Numbered from the stretch's first letter, positions 1-8,087 are shown. The stretch is 33,144 bases of DNA from a virus (IMGVR_UViG_3300010362_000065:1-33144), one strand, 5' to 3'. Notes: a model not told the origin generated them from the sequence alone. Numbers and translations are program-made.

Positions 1-238
1 GTCGGGGAATGGGAGTGACGGAAAAAGGGCTGGCGCGGCGCGTAGGCCCTAACGTGAATCCGGCGCGTAAAGACCAGGCGACAGGCCGATCCGGTGAGTC
101 GCGTGGTTGGGCACCCCGAAACACAGGGGCGGCAGCGTGGCGCGGTGGCGTCAAACGGAGGGCTCCGGAGAACGTCGGCTGAACGGCAAGGTCGCCGCCT
201 CCGGTTGCGGGTAGCCAGTCCCGCCTCCCGCCTTCTTC

Positions 239-592
239 ATGCAAGAAATTCATCCATTAGACGAGGCAGTAGATCAGGTCCGGCGGCGACCCGAAGAGAT
301 CCGCCAGATCCAGGACAACCGGGGCCAGATCGTCGCTGTCCTAATGTCGAAGGAGGCGTTCGAGCAGCTCGGCGGGATCCAGCAGGAAATCCGCAGGCCG
401 TCCGGCTGGCAGAAGCTGACGGCGAAATCGCGGAAGTCACGCAAGGAACGCAAGCGCCGGGCCGAGGCCCGTGAGCGCGAAGCCGAGCGCGAGCGCGAGC
501 GGATCCGGGCGCAGCGGCGCAGCAAGCACACCGAAGACTGGAACCGTAAGCATCGCCCGCGTTCGATCATCCCGACGAGGTTGATTAGGTGA
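239..592 (+). CDS. Hypothetical phage protein with basic/charged C-terminus
   Basis: 117-aa ORF whose stop overlaps the next start (GTGA); first gene of a tightly coupled operon. Confidence 0.6.
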   Translation: MQEIHPLDEAVDQVRRRPEEIRQIQDNRGQIVAVLMSKEAFEQLGGIQQEIRRPSGWQKLTAKSRKSRKERKRRAEAREREAERERERIRAQRRSKHTEDWNRKHRPRSIIPTRLIR

Positions 593-852
593 CGCGGGGC
601 CGGGGAGCAAGCGCGCGGCGCAACACTCTCCGAGCCCTTCGGCGGGCGACGGCGACTGCGGCTGAGATCCAGGGGATCTCGCGCGCGCGCCAACGGCACC
701 GGCTTGCCCGCGAAGCGAACGCGGCAACCGCGCTCGACACCGATCTCGGCTCCCTCTACTCGCAGTTCGGCGAGGACAAACGCAACGTCTTTGCCGCCGG
801 GATGATCCCGGACGGAACCCCCTTCAACGGCCAAACCTGGAGGGCCAGATAG
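589..852 (+). CDS. Hypothetical phage protein
   Basis: 87-aa ORF coupled to both neighbours. Confidence 0.55.
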   Translation: MTRGRGASARRNTLRALRRATATAAEIQGISRARQRHRLAREANAATALDTDLGSLYSQFGEDKRNVFAAGMIPDGTPFNGQTWRAR

Positions 853-1623
853 ATGTATCCCGAGACAAAAGACTGGCGTGTCGCCGACGTTCGCGAGGGC
901 GACGTGCAGGAAGTCAACGGCCGCAGCCTGCAGAAGTTCTACGTCGATTTCGACGGCGCACCGGACACCTACTGGCGGCGCAAGGCGGGGGATCTGCCGA
1001 AGATCGGCGAAAGCTATTACGGCACGATCTCCGAGAACCAGTACGGGCTCCAGTTCAAGAAAGAGCGCCGGGAAGGAGGAGGAGGGGGCGCTGGCGGGAA
1101 CCGAGGAGGAGGAGGCGGCAGGATGCGCGAGCGTCCCGCATCCGAAGTCGCCGGTTCCCGCCACGCTCACAACCTCCTGGTCGCCGCCGAAAACCTCCAG
1201 CCTCTGGCGGCGGAGCCGGATCCTGACGCCGTTGATCGACGGATCGAATTGCTCGACTACTTCGCCGGGAAGCTCGACGCTCAGACGGCTGCTATCTCGG
1301 CTGAGGCCGCAGGCGGAGCGGAGCCCCAAATGGGGGAGGGCTCCGCTCCCGCCGAGCGGCAGGCCATCCGGCAGAGCAACGCGCGCGAGCGCGGCGAAAT
1401 GCTGGAGCGGCTTCTCGCGGCGCACCTGACCCCGGCCGCGATCAATCTCGTCGTCACCTACGCGCTCAGTGAAATGACCGATACCGAAATCTCGGCCGCG
1501 ATCGAACGGCTCGAAACGGAGGCAATGGCGGTCGCCGCAGTGAAACGCCTTGTCGAACGCACAGAGGCCCACCACGGCGCTCCGCTGCCCTCGCAGGAGC
1601 CGGAGGACGATATCCCGTTTTGA
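853..1623 (+). CDS. Putative single-stranded DNA-binding/recombination protein
   Basis: Aromatic, beta-rich N-terminal ~70 aa, a Gly-rich linker and the acidic C-terminal tip EPEDDIPF typical of SSB tails; lies in the replication module. Confidence 0.6.
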   Translation: MYPETKDWRVADVREGDVQEVNGRSLQKFYVDFDGAPDTYWRRKAGDLPKIGESYYGTISENQYGLQFKKERREGGGGGAGGNRGGGGGRMRERPASEVAGSRHAHNLLVAAENLQPLAAEPDPDAVDRRIELLDYFAGKLDAQTAAISAEAAGGAEPQMGEGSAPAERQAIRQSNARERGEMLERLLAAHLTPAAINLVVTYALSEMTDTEISAAIERLETEAMAVAAVKRLVERTEAHHGAPLPSQEPEDDIPF

Positions 1624-1997
1624 GCGGCAGGCTCGCCCTAGCAACCACGCTCGCGGCACTCCTGTTGGCTGCGGGTTGCGGCTCTGACGAGAGTCGAGAG
1701 GACGCGAACGATGTTGGCAATGGCCAGATCGACAAGTCAACCCCGGCGGTCGTCGCCTTCAACAATCACTATCCGAACGTCGAGATCAAGTGCGACGGGT
1801 TCGGCGATCTGATGCTGGTGGTGACGCACGACGATCACAAGTCTCCATCGCTGACGGTTCTCCCCGGCCATCCGTATTGCACCGGGACGGGGAGGGGGTT
1901 CCGGGAAATTGTCAGGGAAGGCGAACAGCCAAACCGAGAGTGGACCCCGCCCGTCGATCACAACCTCTACCCCGGCAGCGCAGCGGTCGCACCGTGA
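1620..1997 (+). CDS. Putative lipoprotein
   Basis: Signal peptide with lipobox LLLAAG-C followed by a polar linker. Confidence 0.7.
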   Translation: MSGRLALATTLAALLLAAGCGSDESREDANDVGNGQIDKSTPAVVAFNNHYPNVEIKCDGFGDLMLVVTHDDHKSPSLTVLPGHPYCTGTGRGFREIVREGEQPNREWTPPVDHNLYPGSAAVAP

Positions 1998-2257
1998 CGA
2001 TCCAGCTTGTCACCTGCAGGCTCTGCCGGTTCGAGGTTTCGACACACATGATTCGCGGGCTCGGCTGCTGCAATGACTGCTGGCTGGAAACCCCGGCCCT
2101 GGAGAGGCTTGTCGCCGGTCCTCGCGATCCCTGGTCGGACACCTACTGGGAAGCGGCGGCGGAGCAGGCCGAAGAGCGGCGGATGCGCGACGACACCGAT
2201 GAGTATTTCCGCCGCGTCAATCCCCCGGCTCGGGATCTCTTTCATGGACCGTACTGA
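1994..2257 (+). CDS. Small Cys-rich (CxxC...CxxC) hypothetical protein
   Basis: GTG at 1994 overlaps the upstream TGA; motifs CRLC and CNDC. C-terminal part of track ORF 1790..2257. Confidence 0.6.
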   Translation: MTIQLVTCRLCRFEVSTHMIRGLGCCNDCWLETPALERLVAGPRDPWSDTYWEAAAEQAEERRMRDDTDEYFRRVNPPARDLFHGPY

Positions 2258-2649
2258 TGCGAGCCCCGATCGAAATCCTGGAGGCGCTCGACACAGCGTC
2301 GAAGGGGGTGCAGGCGGCTTCGACCGAACTGGCGGATCTGAGCCAACGGTTTCATCAGGCCGAGCACGTCAACGGCGAGATCAAAAACGGGCTCGCCCTG
2401 GAGTACGACGTGGCGATCAAAGAAGAGGTCGCGAAGATCTACGACGAGGCGATCGAGGCCGAGCAGAAACCGCCTCCAGCCGACGTGCGCGGGGCGAAAG
2501 CCGAGCGCCACGTACGCACCGTGAAGCCGACGCTGTGGGCCGAATATCACGCGACGAAGGCCCGGATCGACGCCTTGAAGACGTGGATCTCCAACCAGAA
2601 GGCGACGATCTCGGCGAACCAATCCATCCGGAAGGGTGAGATCCCGTAG
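2257..2649 (+). CDS. Hypothetical coiled-coil phage protein
   Basis: 130-aa helical ORF, TGATG-coupled to the upstream gene. Confidence 0.7.
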   Translation: MRAPIEILEALDTASKGVQAASTELADLSQRFHQAEHVNGEIKNGLALEYDVAIKEEVAKIYDEAIEAEQKPPPADVRGAKAERHVRTVKPTLWAEYHATKARIDALKTWISNQKATISANQSIRKGEIP

Positions 2650-2651
2650 AC

Positions 2652-3443
2652 GTGGCACGCATCCGATCTTTGAAGCCCGAAATCCACAAGGACGAGGCCG
2701 TGGGCGAGCTGACCGACAGTGCCTTTCGCGTCTTCATCGCGCTCATCACCTTGGCCGATGACTACGGCCGGATGCGGGGCGATCCCCGGCTGATTTCGGC
2801 GGAGGTCTGGCCCTACCATCCCCGACCCGCTGCGGAGGTCGATGTTCTTATTGACGAGCTGGCCAAATGGGGCCTGGTACGACGGTATTCCAATTCTGGA
2901 CGCGAGTTTCTCTATTTACCCTCGTGGGACCGGCACCAGCGCATCGACCAACGCAGAAAACCCCTGCATCCAAGCCCGCCCGCCGAGATCGACCGAATCT
3001 CTCCGAAATCCTCCGAGACTTTCAGAAAAAATCTGCTGGAGAAAGGAGTAAGGAGTAAGGAGAAAGGAGTAAGGAGTAAGGAGCACGGGAACGCGCGAGG
3101 TCGGAATTCCTCCGAGGAAGGTCGCCTCTTTTCCCTACTCGCTGTTTTGATCGAACGCAACGGTTCGCCCCGGCCGGAGCTGACGGAGGCGGCGTTTCAC
3201 GAGGAACGGATCCTGCTGAACCCGCCGGGGCGAACCGTCGAGCAGGCCGAGCAGCTCATCCGCTACGCGCAGGGCGAGAAGTTCTGGCAGCCGATCATCA
3301 CGAGCCTGGCGAAGCTCGACAAGCACTGGGACCAGCTCCGGCTGCAGGCTGAACGGGGCAAGAGCAAGGGGATGGCAAACGCGCATCAGCTCGCGCGGGA
3401 GGCGGAGCGGATCAAAGCCGAAGAAGGAGGGGATGCAGCGTGA
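2652..3443 (+). CDS. Phage replication initiator (replisome organiser-type)
   Basis: N-terminus MARIRSLKPE...ADDYGR...W.RHQRID is typical of phage initiators; internal repeat region; followed by a helicase-loader-like gene. Confidence 0.8.
   Translation: MARIRSLKPEIHKDEAVGELTDSAFRVFIALITLADDYGRMRGDPRLISAEVWPYHPRPAAEVDVLIDELAKWGLVRRYSNSGREFLYLPSWDRHQRIDQRRKPLHPSPPAEIDRISPKSSETFRKNLLEKGVRSKEKGVRSKEHGNARGRNSSEEGRLFSLLAVLIERNGSPRPELTEAAFHEERILLNPPGRTVEQAEQLIRYAQGEKFWQPIITSLAKLDKHWDQLRLQAERGKSKGMANAHQLAREAERIKAEEGGDAA
3038..3086 (+). repeat. Tandem heptamer GGAG(T/A)AA, 6 copies plus a degenerate seventh, inside the initiator gene; candidate replication origin
   Basis: ggagaaa ggagtaa ggagtaa ggagaaa ggagtaa ggagtaa ggagcac, preceded by an A-rich tract. 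Lambdoid origins lie within the initiator gene. Confidence 0.7.
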
Positions 3444-3985
3444 CGAAGGGCGAGTGGTACGAGGTTGCGACGGAGTTGCAGGCGCGATGGCCGAATCGCG
3501 AGATCCCGCGCGAGTCGATCGAGATCTGGTACCGCGATCTCGAATCGTTCCCGATCGAACAGGTCCGGGCCGCGATCGCGGTGCTCTACCGGGAGCGGCG
3601 CGACTGGTGCCCGAACGGGGCTCAGATCCTGGCCAAGCTGCAGGAGCTGCAGCGTGACGATCCCGACCACGGCGAGGCCTGGCGGCTCGTCAAGCGGGCT
3701 TTGCTGCGCTACGGCGTCACCGACTGGCCCGCTTTCTACCGTTCCCTACCCCGCTCAGTCGAGATCGCAGCTCGGCGTTACGGCTTCGAGCCGGTCGGAT
3801 ATCTGACCGAAGAAGAGCCGATCGTGCGCGCGCAGTTTCGTGAGATCTACAGGGGTGTAGTAGCTGAGCGCGAGCGCCAAGATGCCTACGCCGGGTTGCC
3901 GAGTGCCGGGCTCAAACGGCTGGAGGGGATGCGGAAGATCGATCCGAAGCGGATCCTTCTGCCGAGCGGGGAGGCGGTGCGATGA
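3440..3985 (+). CDS. Helicase loader/inhibitor, G39P-like N-terminal domain
   Basis: Pattern L.A.WP...IEIWYRDL..FP.EQV..AI...W.P..AQI, immediately after the initiator. Confidence 0.7.
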   Translation: MTKGEWYEVATELQARWPNREIPRESIEIWYRDLESFPIEQVRAAIAVLYRERRDWCPNGAQILAKLQELQRDDPDHGEAWRLVKRALLRYGVTDWPAFYRSLPRSVEIAARRYGFEPVGYLTEEEPIVRAQFREIYRGVVAERERQDAYAGLPSAGLKRLEGMRKIDPKRILLPSGEAVR

Positions 3986-4167
3986 AGGAGGTTCGGGCGG
4001 TCGCGACGGTATCGATCCCGATGCCGAAAGTGGATCCGAATGCGACGGTGGCGGAGAAGCTCGATGCGGCGATTCAGGTCGCCGAATACAGCCCCTACGC
4101 CGAGTACGTGGTGGCAGTGACAACCGAGACAATCGAGGTCGAGAATGGCGGGGACTCCGGTTCGTGA
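3982..4167 (+). CDS. Small hypothetical protein
   Basis: 61 aa, ATGA-coupled, GGAGG RBS upstream. Confidence 0.55.
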   Translation: MKEVRAVATVSIPMPKVDPNATVAEKLDAAIQVAEYSPYAEYVVAVTTETIEVENGGDSGS

Positions 4168-4459
4168 GCAAAGCCTGGAAGCGCTCGAAAAAGCCAACGA
4201 GGTTCGCTTTCGTCGCGCCCGCCTCCGGGAAAAAACCCGTTCCGGAAGGGCGCGCGTTTCGGAGGTACTTCTTGATCCGCCGAGTTGGGTGGCGGGGATG
4301 AGTCTCGAAGCGTTGCTCTGCCTTGCGCCGCACATCGGTCCAGCGCGCGCGGCGCGGTTGTGTACCGAAATCGTCAGCGAACCGGCGATTCGGGTCAAGG
4401 GCCTGAGCAAGCGGCAGCGGGGGATGCTCTCGCTCCTGCTCCGGAGGTACGAGCATTGA
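4145..4459 (+). CDS. mihF: Actinobacterial integration host factor (mIHF/sIHF-like, H2TH fold)
   Basis: ALEKANEVR.RRA.L....G...V.EVL.DPP.....LL...P.IGP.RA..L......RVKGLS.RQR aligns by eye with mIHF. Confidence 0.8.
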   Translation: MAGTPVREQSLEALEKANEVRFRRARLREKTRSGRARVSEVLLDPPSWVAGMSLEALLCLAPHIGPARAARLCTEIVSEPAIRVKGLSKRQRGMLSLLLRRYEH

Positions 4460-4716
4460 ACGCGCGCGAGAATCGACAACGGATCGCGATGTTCCATGCG
4501 AACGAAGGTGACTCCGGAGCGGAGTATTACAACCACACTCGACACCTGCCGATCTCACCACAGGATGCGATCTACATGGACAAGCTCTGGAACGGTGTCA
4601 AGAACCCGAAGGGGGGCAGGGTCGTCTTGCACGCGTCACAGCGGACGGGAGCGGGTTCTCGGCACCCAAGGGCGCGCTCGAATCGGACGGGCTGGAGCCG
4701 GGGGCAGCTTGCCTGA
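4456..4716 (+). CDS. Hypothetical protein
   Basis: TTG at 4456 overlaps the mIHF stop, and its stop overlaps the next ATG. Confidence 0.5.
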   Translation: MNARENRQRIAMFHANEGDSGAEYYNHTRHLPISPQDAIYMDKLWNGVKNPKGGRVVLHASQRTGAGSRHPRARSNRTGWSRGQLA

Positions 4717-4970
4717 TGGATCGAATTCTCTCGATCGATCAGATCGTTTCCGAGCGGATCATCCCGCTCTCGCGAACCTCCCTCTACCGGCTGGCAGAGA
4801 ATGGTGAAATTCCCCTGTTCAAGCGCAAGGGTCGCTGGATGGGCGTCGAATCCGATTTACGCAAGTGGGTACGCGAAGGGCAGCGGGGAGGATCGAACGG
4901 CAGCCGTAAACGTGGCTACCGCGCGCAGGAAACGGTCAATCAGATGATCCGTGAAAACGAGGCAGATTGA
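4716..4970 (+). CDS. Excisionase-like HTH DNA-binding protein (AlpA/HTH_17 type)
   Basis: LSRTSLYRLAENGEIP..K..GRW....SDL.KW motif; directly upstream of the integrase. Confidence 0.8.
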   Translation: MDRILSIDQIVSERIIPLSRTSLYRLAENGEIPLFKRKGRWMGVESDLRKWVREGQRGGSNGSRKRGYRAQETVNQMIRENEAD

Positions 4971-5091
4971 CGTGATTTACGCGGCGGGATTGCAGGCGAC
5001 CGGGGAACCTGCGAACATACGCTCTACGCGAAAAAAAGTGCCCCGGTCACGCTGGCGCGTGCCGGGGCGAGGACACAGGAGGTTGGTTCCT

Positions 5092-6342
5092 ATGCCCAAG
5101 TCAAAGAGTAGAGGTCCAAAGGGGGAAGTCCTGCCTGAGGGGATCTTCTGGCGGGCTGATCGGAAGCGCTACGCCGTCAAGTATCGCGAGGGTCGCGGTC
5201 GGCAGCGGGCGAAGCTGTTCGTCCGGCTGCGGCAGGCCGAACGCTTTCAGGAAGATCTGCAGGAGCTGCGGGCCGAAGGCCGGGATCCGCGTCGGCGCAA
5301 GGACACGCCGACACTGGAGGCTTTCGCCGACAAGTGGTTGCGCAAACAGAAGGGCCGGGTTCGTTCGAAGCGGTTGCGTGAATACGGTTATGCGCTCGAT
5401 CGCGAGATCCTTCCCCACCTTGGCCACTACCCGCTGCACGATCTGCAGCGGGTGAGGATGCTCGCCGAATGGCGTGACACCCTGATCGATGATCTCAAAC
5501 ACGGCAAGAGTGTGGTTCTGCTTGCGCAGACCGTGCTGTCGATGATTCTCGATGAAGCGGTCGAAGAGTTCGAATACCTGACGGTGAACCCGGTGCCGCA
5601 GGTGAAAAAGCGGCGACTCTCCGATGAGGAGAAGCGTCCGCAGGTCAGCCTGACGGCCGGGGGGGTCGAGGCGCTCCGGCTCTGGTATCTCGATCGTGAG
5701 GATCCGAAGTCGGCGACGTTGATCTCGGTTCTCGCTTACGTCGGAGTTCGGCCGCAGGACGCGCTCGCGTTCCGCTGGCTCGATTTGCAGGGCTCGGAGC
5801 TGAACGTCGTCAAGAAAAACGTCAACGGTCGGATCATCGACGGATCGAAGACCGGCGCGACCAAGCACCTGCGCAAGGTCACGGTGCCGGAGCCGGTTCT
5901 CAGCGATCTACGGGAGTGGCGGCGGGTGAGCCCCTACGCCGGTCCCAACGATCTGATCTTCCCCCGCCAGGACGGGGAACCGTGGACGGACGTTGATCGC
6001 GACAACTGGTCGAACCGGCCGAAGGAGGCGCGGCTTGGCGGCAAGCGCTGCCGCTGCTTCAAGCGCGCGGTCGAAGAGTGCGATCTGCCGCAGCGGGCGT
6101 CGATCTACTCGCTGCGTCACACGGCGGCGTCGCTGTATGCGGCGTGCGGTTGGGGCCTGATCGAAATCTCGCATCAGCTCGGCCACAAACCGCGCACGAA
6201 CGTCGGCTATCAGCACCTGCTGGTGACAGATGGCTCTCAGCCCCGGCGTCCGATCGACGCCTACATTTTGGAGGCGCGAGGATATGCGCCGAAACCCGAG
6301 CAGAATCGTCGCGGTGAGCGACAGGAGGAGCCGAAGGTCTAA
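5092..6342 (+). CDS. int: Tyrosine integrase
   Basis: AGGAGG RBS before ATG 5092; N-terminal arm-binding-like domain; catalytic motifs GVRPQD, SKTG, YSLRHT, LGH and the Tyr in NVGY. Confidence 0.93.
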   Translation: MPKSKSRGPKGEVLPEGIFWRADRKRYAVKYREGRGRQRAKLFVRLRQAERFQEDLQELRAEGRDPRRRKDTPTLEAFADKWLRKQKGRVRSKRLREYGYALDREILPHLGHYPLHDLQRVRMLAEWRDTLIDDLKHGKSVVLLAQTVLSMILDEAVEEFEYLTVNPVPQVKKRRLSDEEKRPQVSLTAGGVEALRLWYLDREDPKSATLISVLAYVGVRPQDALAFRWLDLQGSELNVVKKNVNGRIIDGSKTGATKHLRKVTVPEPVLSDLREWRRVSPYAGPNDLIFPRQDGEPWTDVDRDNWSNRPKEARLGGKRCRCFKRAVEECDLPQRASIYSLRHTAASLYAACGWGLIEISHQLGHKPRTNVGYQHLLVTDGSQPRRPIDAYILEARGYAPKPEQNRRGERQEEPKV

Positions 6343-6406
6343 ACCCGAAAATGCCGGGGCGGGAGCGGGGCGGCGCAGCCCCGTCCCGGCGACAGAGGAG
6401 AAAGCT

Positions 6407-6673
6407 ATGCAAGGGGATGCGTCAAAAGGCAACGCGCCGAGAACGGCTGTCGAAGCAGTCCTCTCCGCCTACTACGAGAATCTGAATGCGGAACCCCCGC
6501 AGCCGGGCATCGAGCGGCTGGCGGAGCTGTCCGTGGATGCAGCGGTTCATGCGATCCGCGAGGCGATGATGGGTGACGACGCGAAGCAGGCCGCTGCGCA
6601 GGTGATGCGCGAGCAAGGGGCGATTGGGCCGATGCTCGAAGCCGCGTTCAATACGGCGGTGACCAGTGGCTAA
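6407..6673 (+). CDS. Hypothetical protein
   Basis: GAGGAG RBS, ATG 6407, 88 aa helical ORF. Confidence 0.6.
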   Translation: MQGDASKGNAPRTAVEAVLSAYYENLNAEPPQPGIERLAELSVDAAVHAIREAMMGDDAKQAAAQVMREQGAIGPMLEAAFNTAVTSG

Positions 6674-6835
6674 CGGCAGGCATCGTCACGCGCGTCCCTT
6701 CGATTGGGCTCGTGACTGCCCGTCTGAGCTGTTCGGGCGGCGGTTCCCCGCCGTTGCCGGTCCCGGCCGTGGTGCTCTGCTTTCGCCGGGAATCAAGCTC
6801 GATCGGCAACGTTCTCGGCGCAAGGAAACGGTGTA

Positions 6836-7096
6836 ATGTTCCCCAAGCGTTCCCCAAACGGGCCAATGAGTGTCTGTTTTGTGTTCCCCGCGAGGGGCGT
6901 TTGGCTCTAGTAAACAGTTTGCGGCTGTAGCTCAGTTGGTTAGAGCGTCTGCTTGCCATAAAGAACGAAGCGGTAACTGTGATGAATCCAGGCAAGGTTT
7001 CGTGCCTGAGATGGGCCGGAGATGCCCTCCGCTTTAGTCCCGGTTTGCTCCTGATGTTCCCCAAGCGTTCCCCAGGATTTTCCCCCGATGTTCCCC
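6836..7096. other. attP: tRNA-Gly-derived core flanked by integrase arm-type repeats
   Basis: Exact 21-bp direct repeat ATGTTCCCCAAGCGTTCCCCA at 6836-6856 and 7054-7074, further (G)TTCCCC boxes near 6883, 7079 and 7090, and a tRNA fragment between them, all downstream of int. Confidence 0.85.
6921..6959 (+). tRNA. 5' half of tRNA-Gly(GCC); att core, not a complete gene
   Basis: GCGGCTG-TA-GCTC-AGTTGGTTA-GAGC-G-TCTGC-TT-GCC-AT covers the acceptor 5' strand, D arm and anticodon loop (GCC at 6955-6957). No T arm or 3' acceptor strand follows. Confidence 0.88.
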
Positions 7097-7103
7097 GGAG
7101 GGT

Positions 7104-7328
7104 GTGAAGGGGCAGCGGGCAATGCGTGGCGATGAGCTGCTTGCGCCGAAGCTGGACGGGGCGAGCTGCGAGTGGTGCCGGGAGCCTGCGATCGGTTCGT
7201 TCCCGATCTTCCACAAGATCCGGGGCAAGAAGGTCGGCAAGGTCCAGACCGGGATGCATTGCTTTTATTGCGCGCGGCATCGGGCGCAGGCTGCCCGGTT
7301 GACCGGAAGGCTGGAGGAGGAGACGTGA
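7104..7328 (+). CDS. Small putative zinc-binding protein
   Basis: GGAGG upstream; CEWC and CFYC..H motifs. Confidence 0.6.
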   Translation: MKGQRAMRGDELLAPKLDGASCEWCREPAIGSFPIFHKIRGKKVGKVQTGMHCFYCARHRAQAARLTGRLEEET

Positions 7329-7332
7329 TCCA

Positions 7333-8087
7333 GGCGAGGCTAGACACGGTTGGGGATGGCCCGGCGTGTCACGGTACGGCGCGGCAGGAGAGGCGAGGAT
7401 GGGGCGGGCATGGCGCAGTGCGGCAAGGCGAGGCAGTCCAGGCCGGGCTTGTCACGGCATGCAGCGGTCAGGCGAGCAATGTCGGGGTCAGGCGCGGTTC
7501 GGCATGGCAGGCGCGGTTAGGTGCGTCAAGGGAAGGCGAGCGCGGGTTAGGCGGGGTGCAGCATGGTCGGGCACGGCAGACAAGGCACGGCGAGTCACGT
7601 CGGGCAGAGGCGGGGCCGGGTTAGCGGTGGCGAGGTTTGCTCCGGCACGGCGTGGCAGGCTTGGCAGGCTCGGGCTCGGCCTGTCACGGTGCGGTTCGGT
7701 AGGGATCGGCACGGAAGGCTCGGCGCGCACAGGCTTGGGATGGCGAGCTGCGGCCGATTCATGGCTCGGCGGGCTTGGCGGGTCTGGGCTTGGGGTGGTC
7801 AGGCATGGTCTGCGGCGGCGAGGCAGAGCGAGGCAGCCTTGGCGAGGTACGGCTTGCAGCGGTGGGTCAGGTCGGGCAATGGTCGGTCTGGGCTCGGCGA
7901 GCACTGTCGCGGCGCGGTCTGGCACGGCGCGGCGGGATTGGCGTGGTGAGGCGGGGATGGGCTTGGCTGGCGCAGGCGAGGCAGACAGGGTTGGGCTGGC
8001 TACGGCACGGATGGGGGAGGCCCGGCAGGGCATGGCAGCCCCGGCAAGGCAAGGCTGCGCAGGCTCAGGCACGGCAAGGCTTGGCAA
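7333..8087 (+). ncRNA. GGYNN pentamer array (about 142 pentamers in 12 units); putative guide-RNA array of the adjacent RAMP gene
   Basis: Near-strict 5-nt periodicity with a mostly GGC/GGT head and a variable dinucleotide. Phase is reset by 4-nt marks at 7383, 7432, 7506, 7575, 7654, 7713, 7768, 7832, 7931, 7980 and 8034 (8 GGCA, 2 GGCG, 1 GGAA). The RNA role is inferred. Confidence 0.8.

Noticed and set aside
4951-5091. Integrase start at 4951
   Set aside because: ATG 5092 has an AGGAGG RBS, and the upstream segment overlaps xis and looks regulatory.
6881-6897. GTGTTCCCCGCG resembling a type I-E CRISPR repeat start
   Set aside because: Single partial copy with no regular repeat-spacer spacing; better explained as a GTTCCCC arm-type box of attP.
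6921-7000. Complete tRNA-Gly gene
   Set aside because: The 3' anticodon stem is broken (AAAGA instead of GCAGA) and no T arm or 3' acceptor strand follows.
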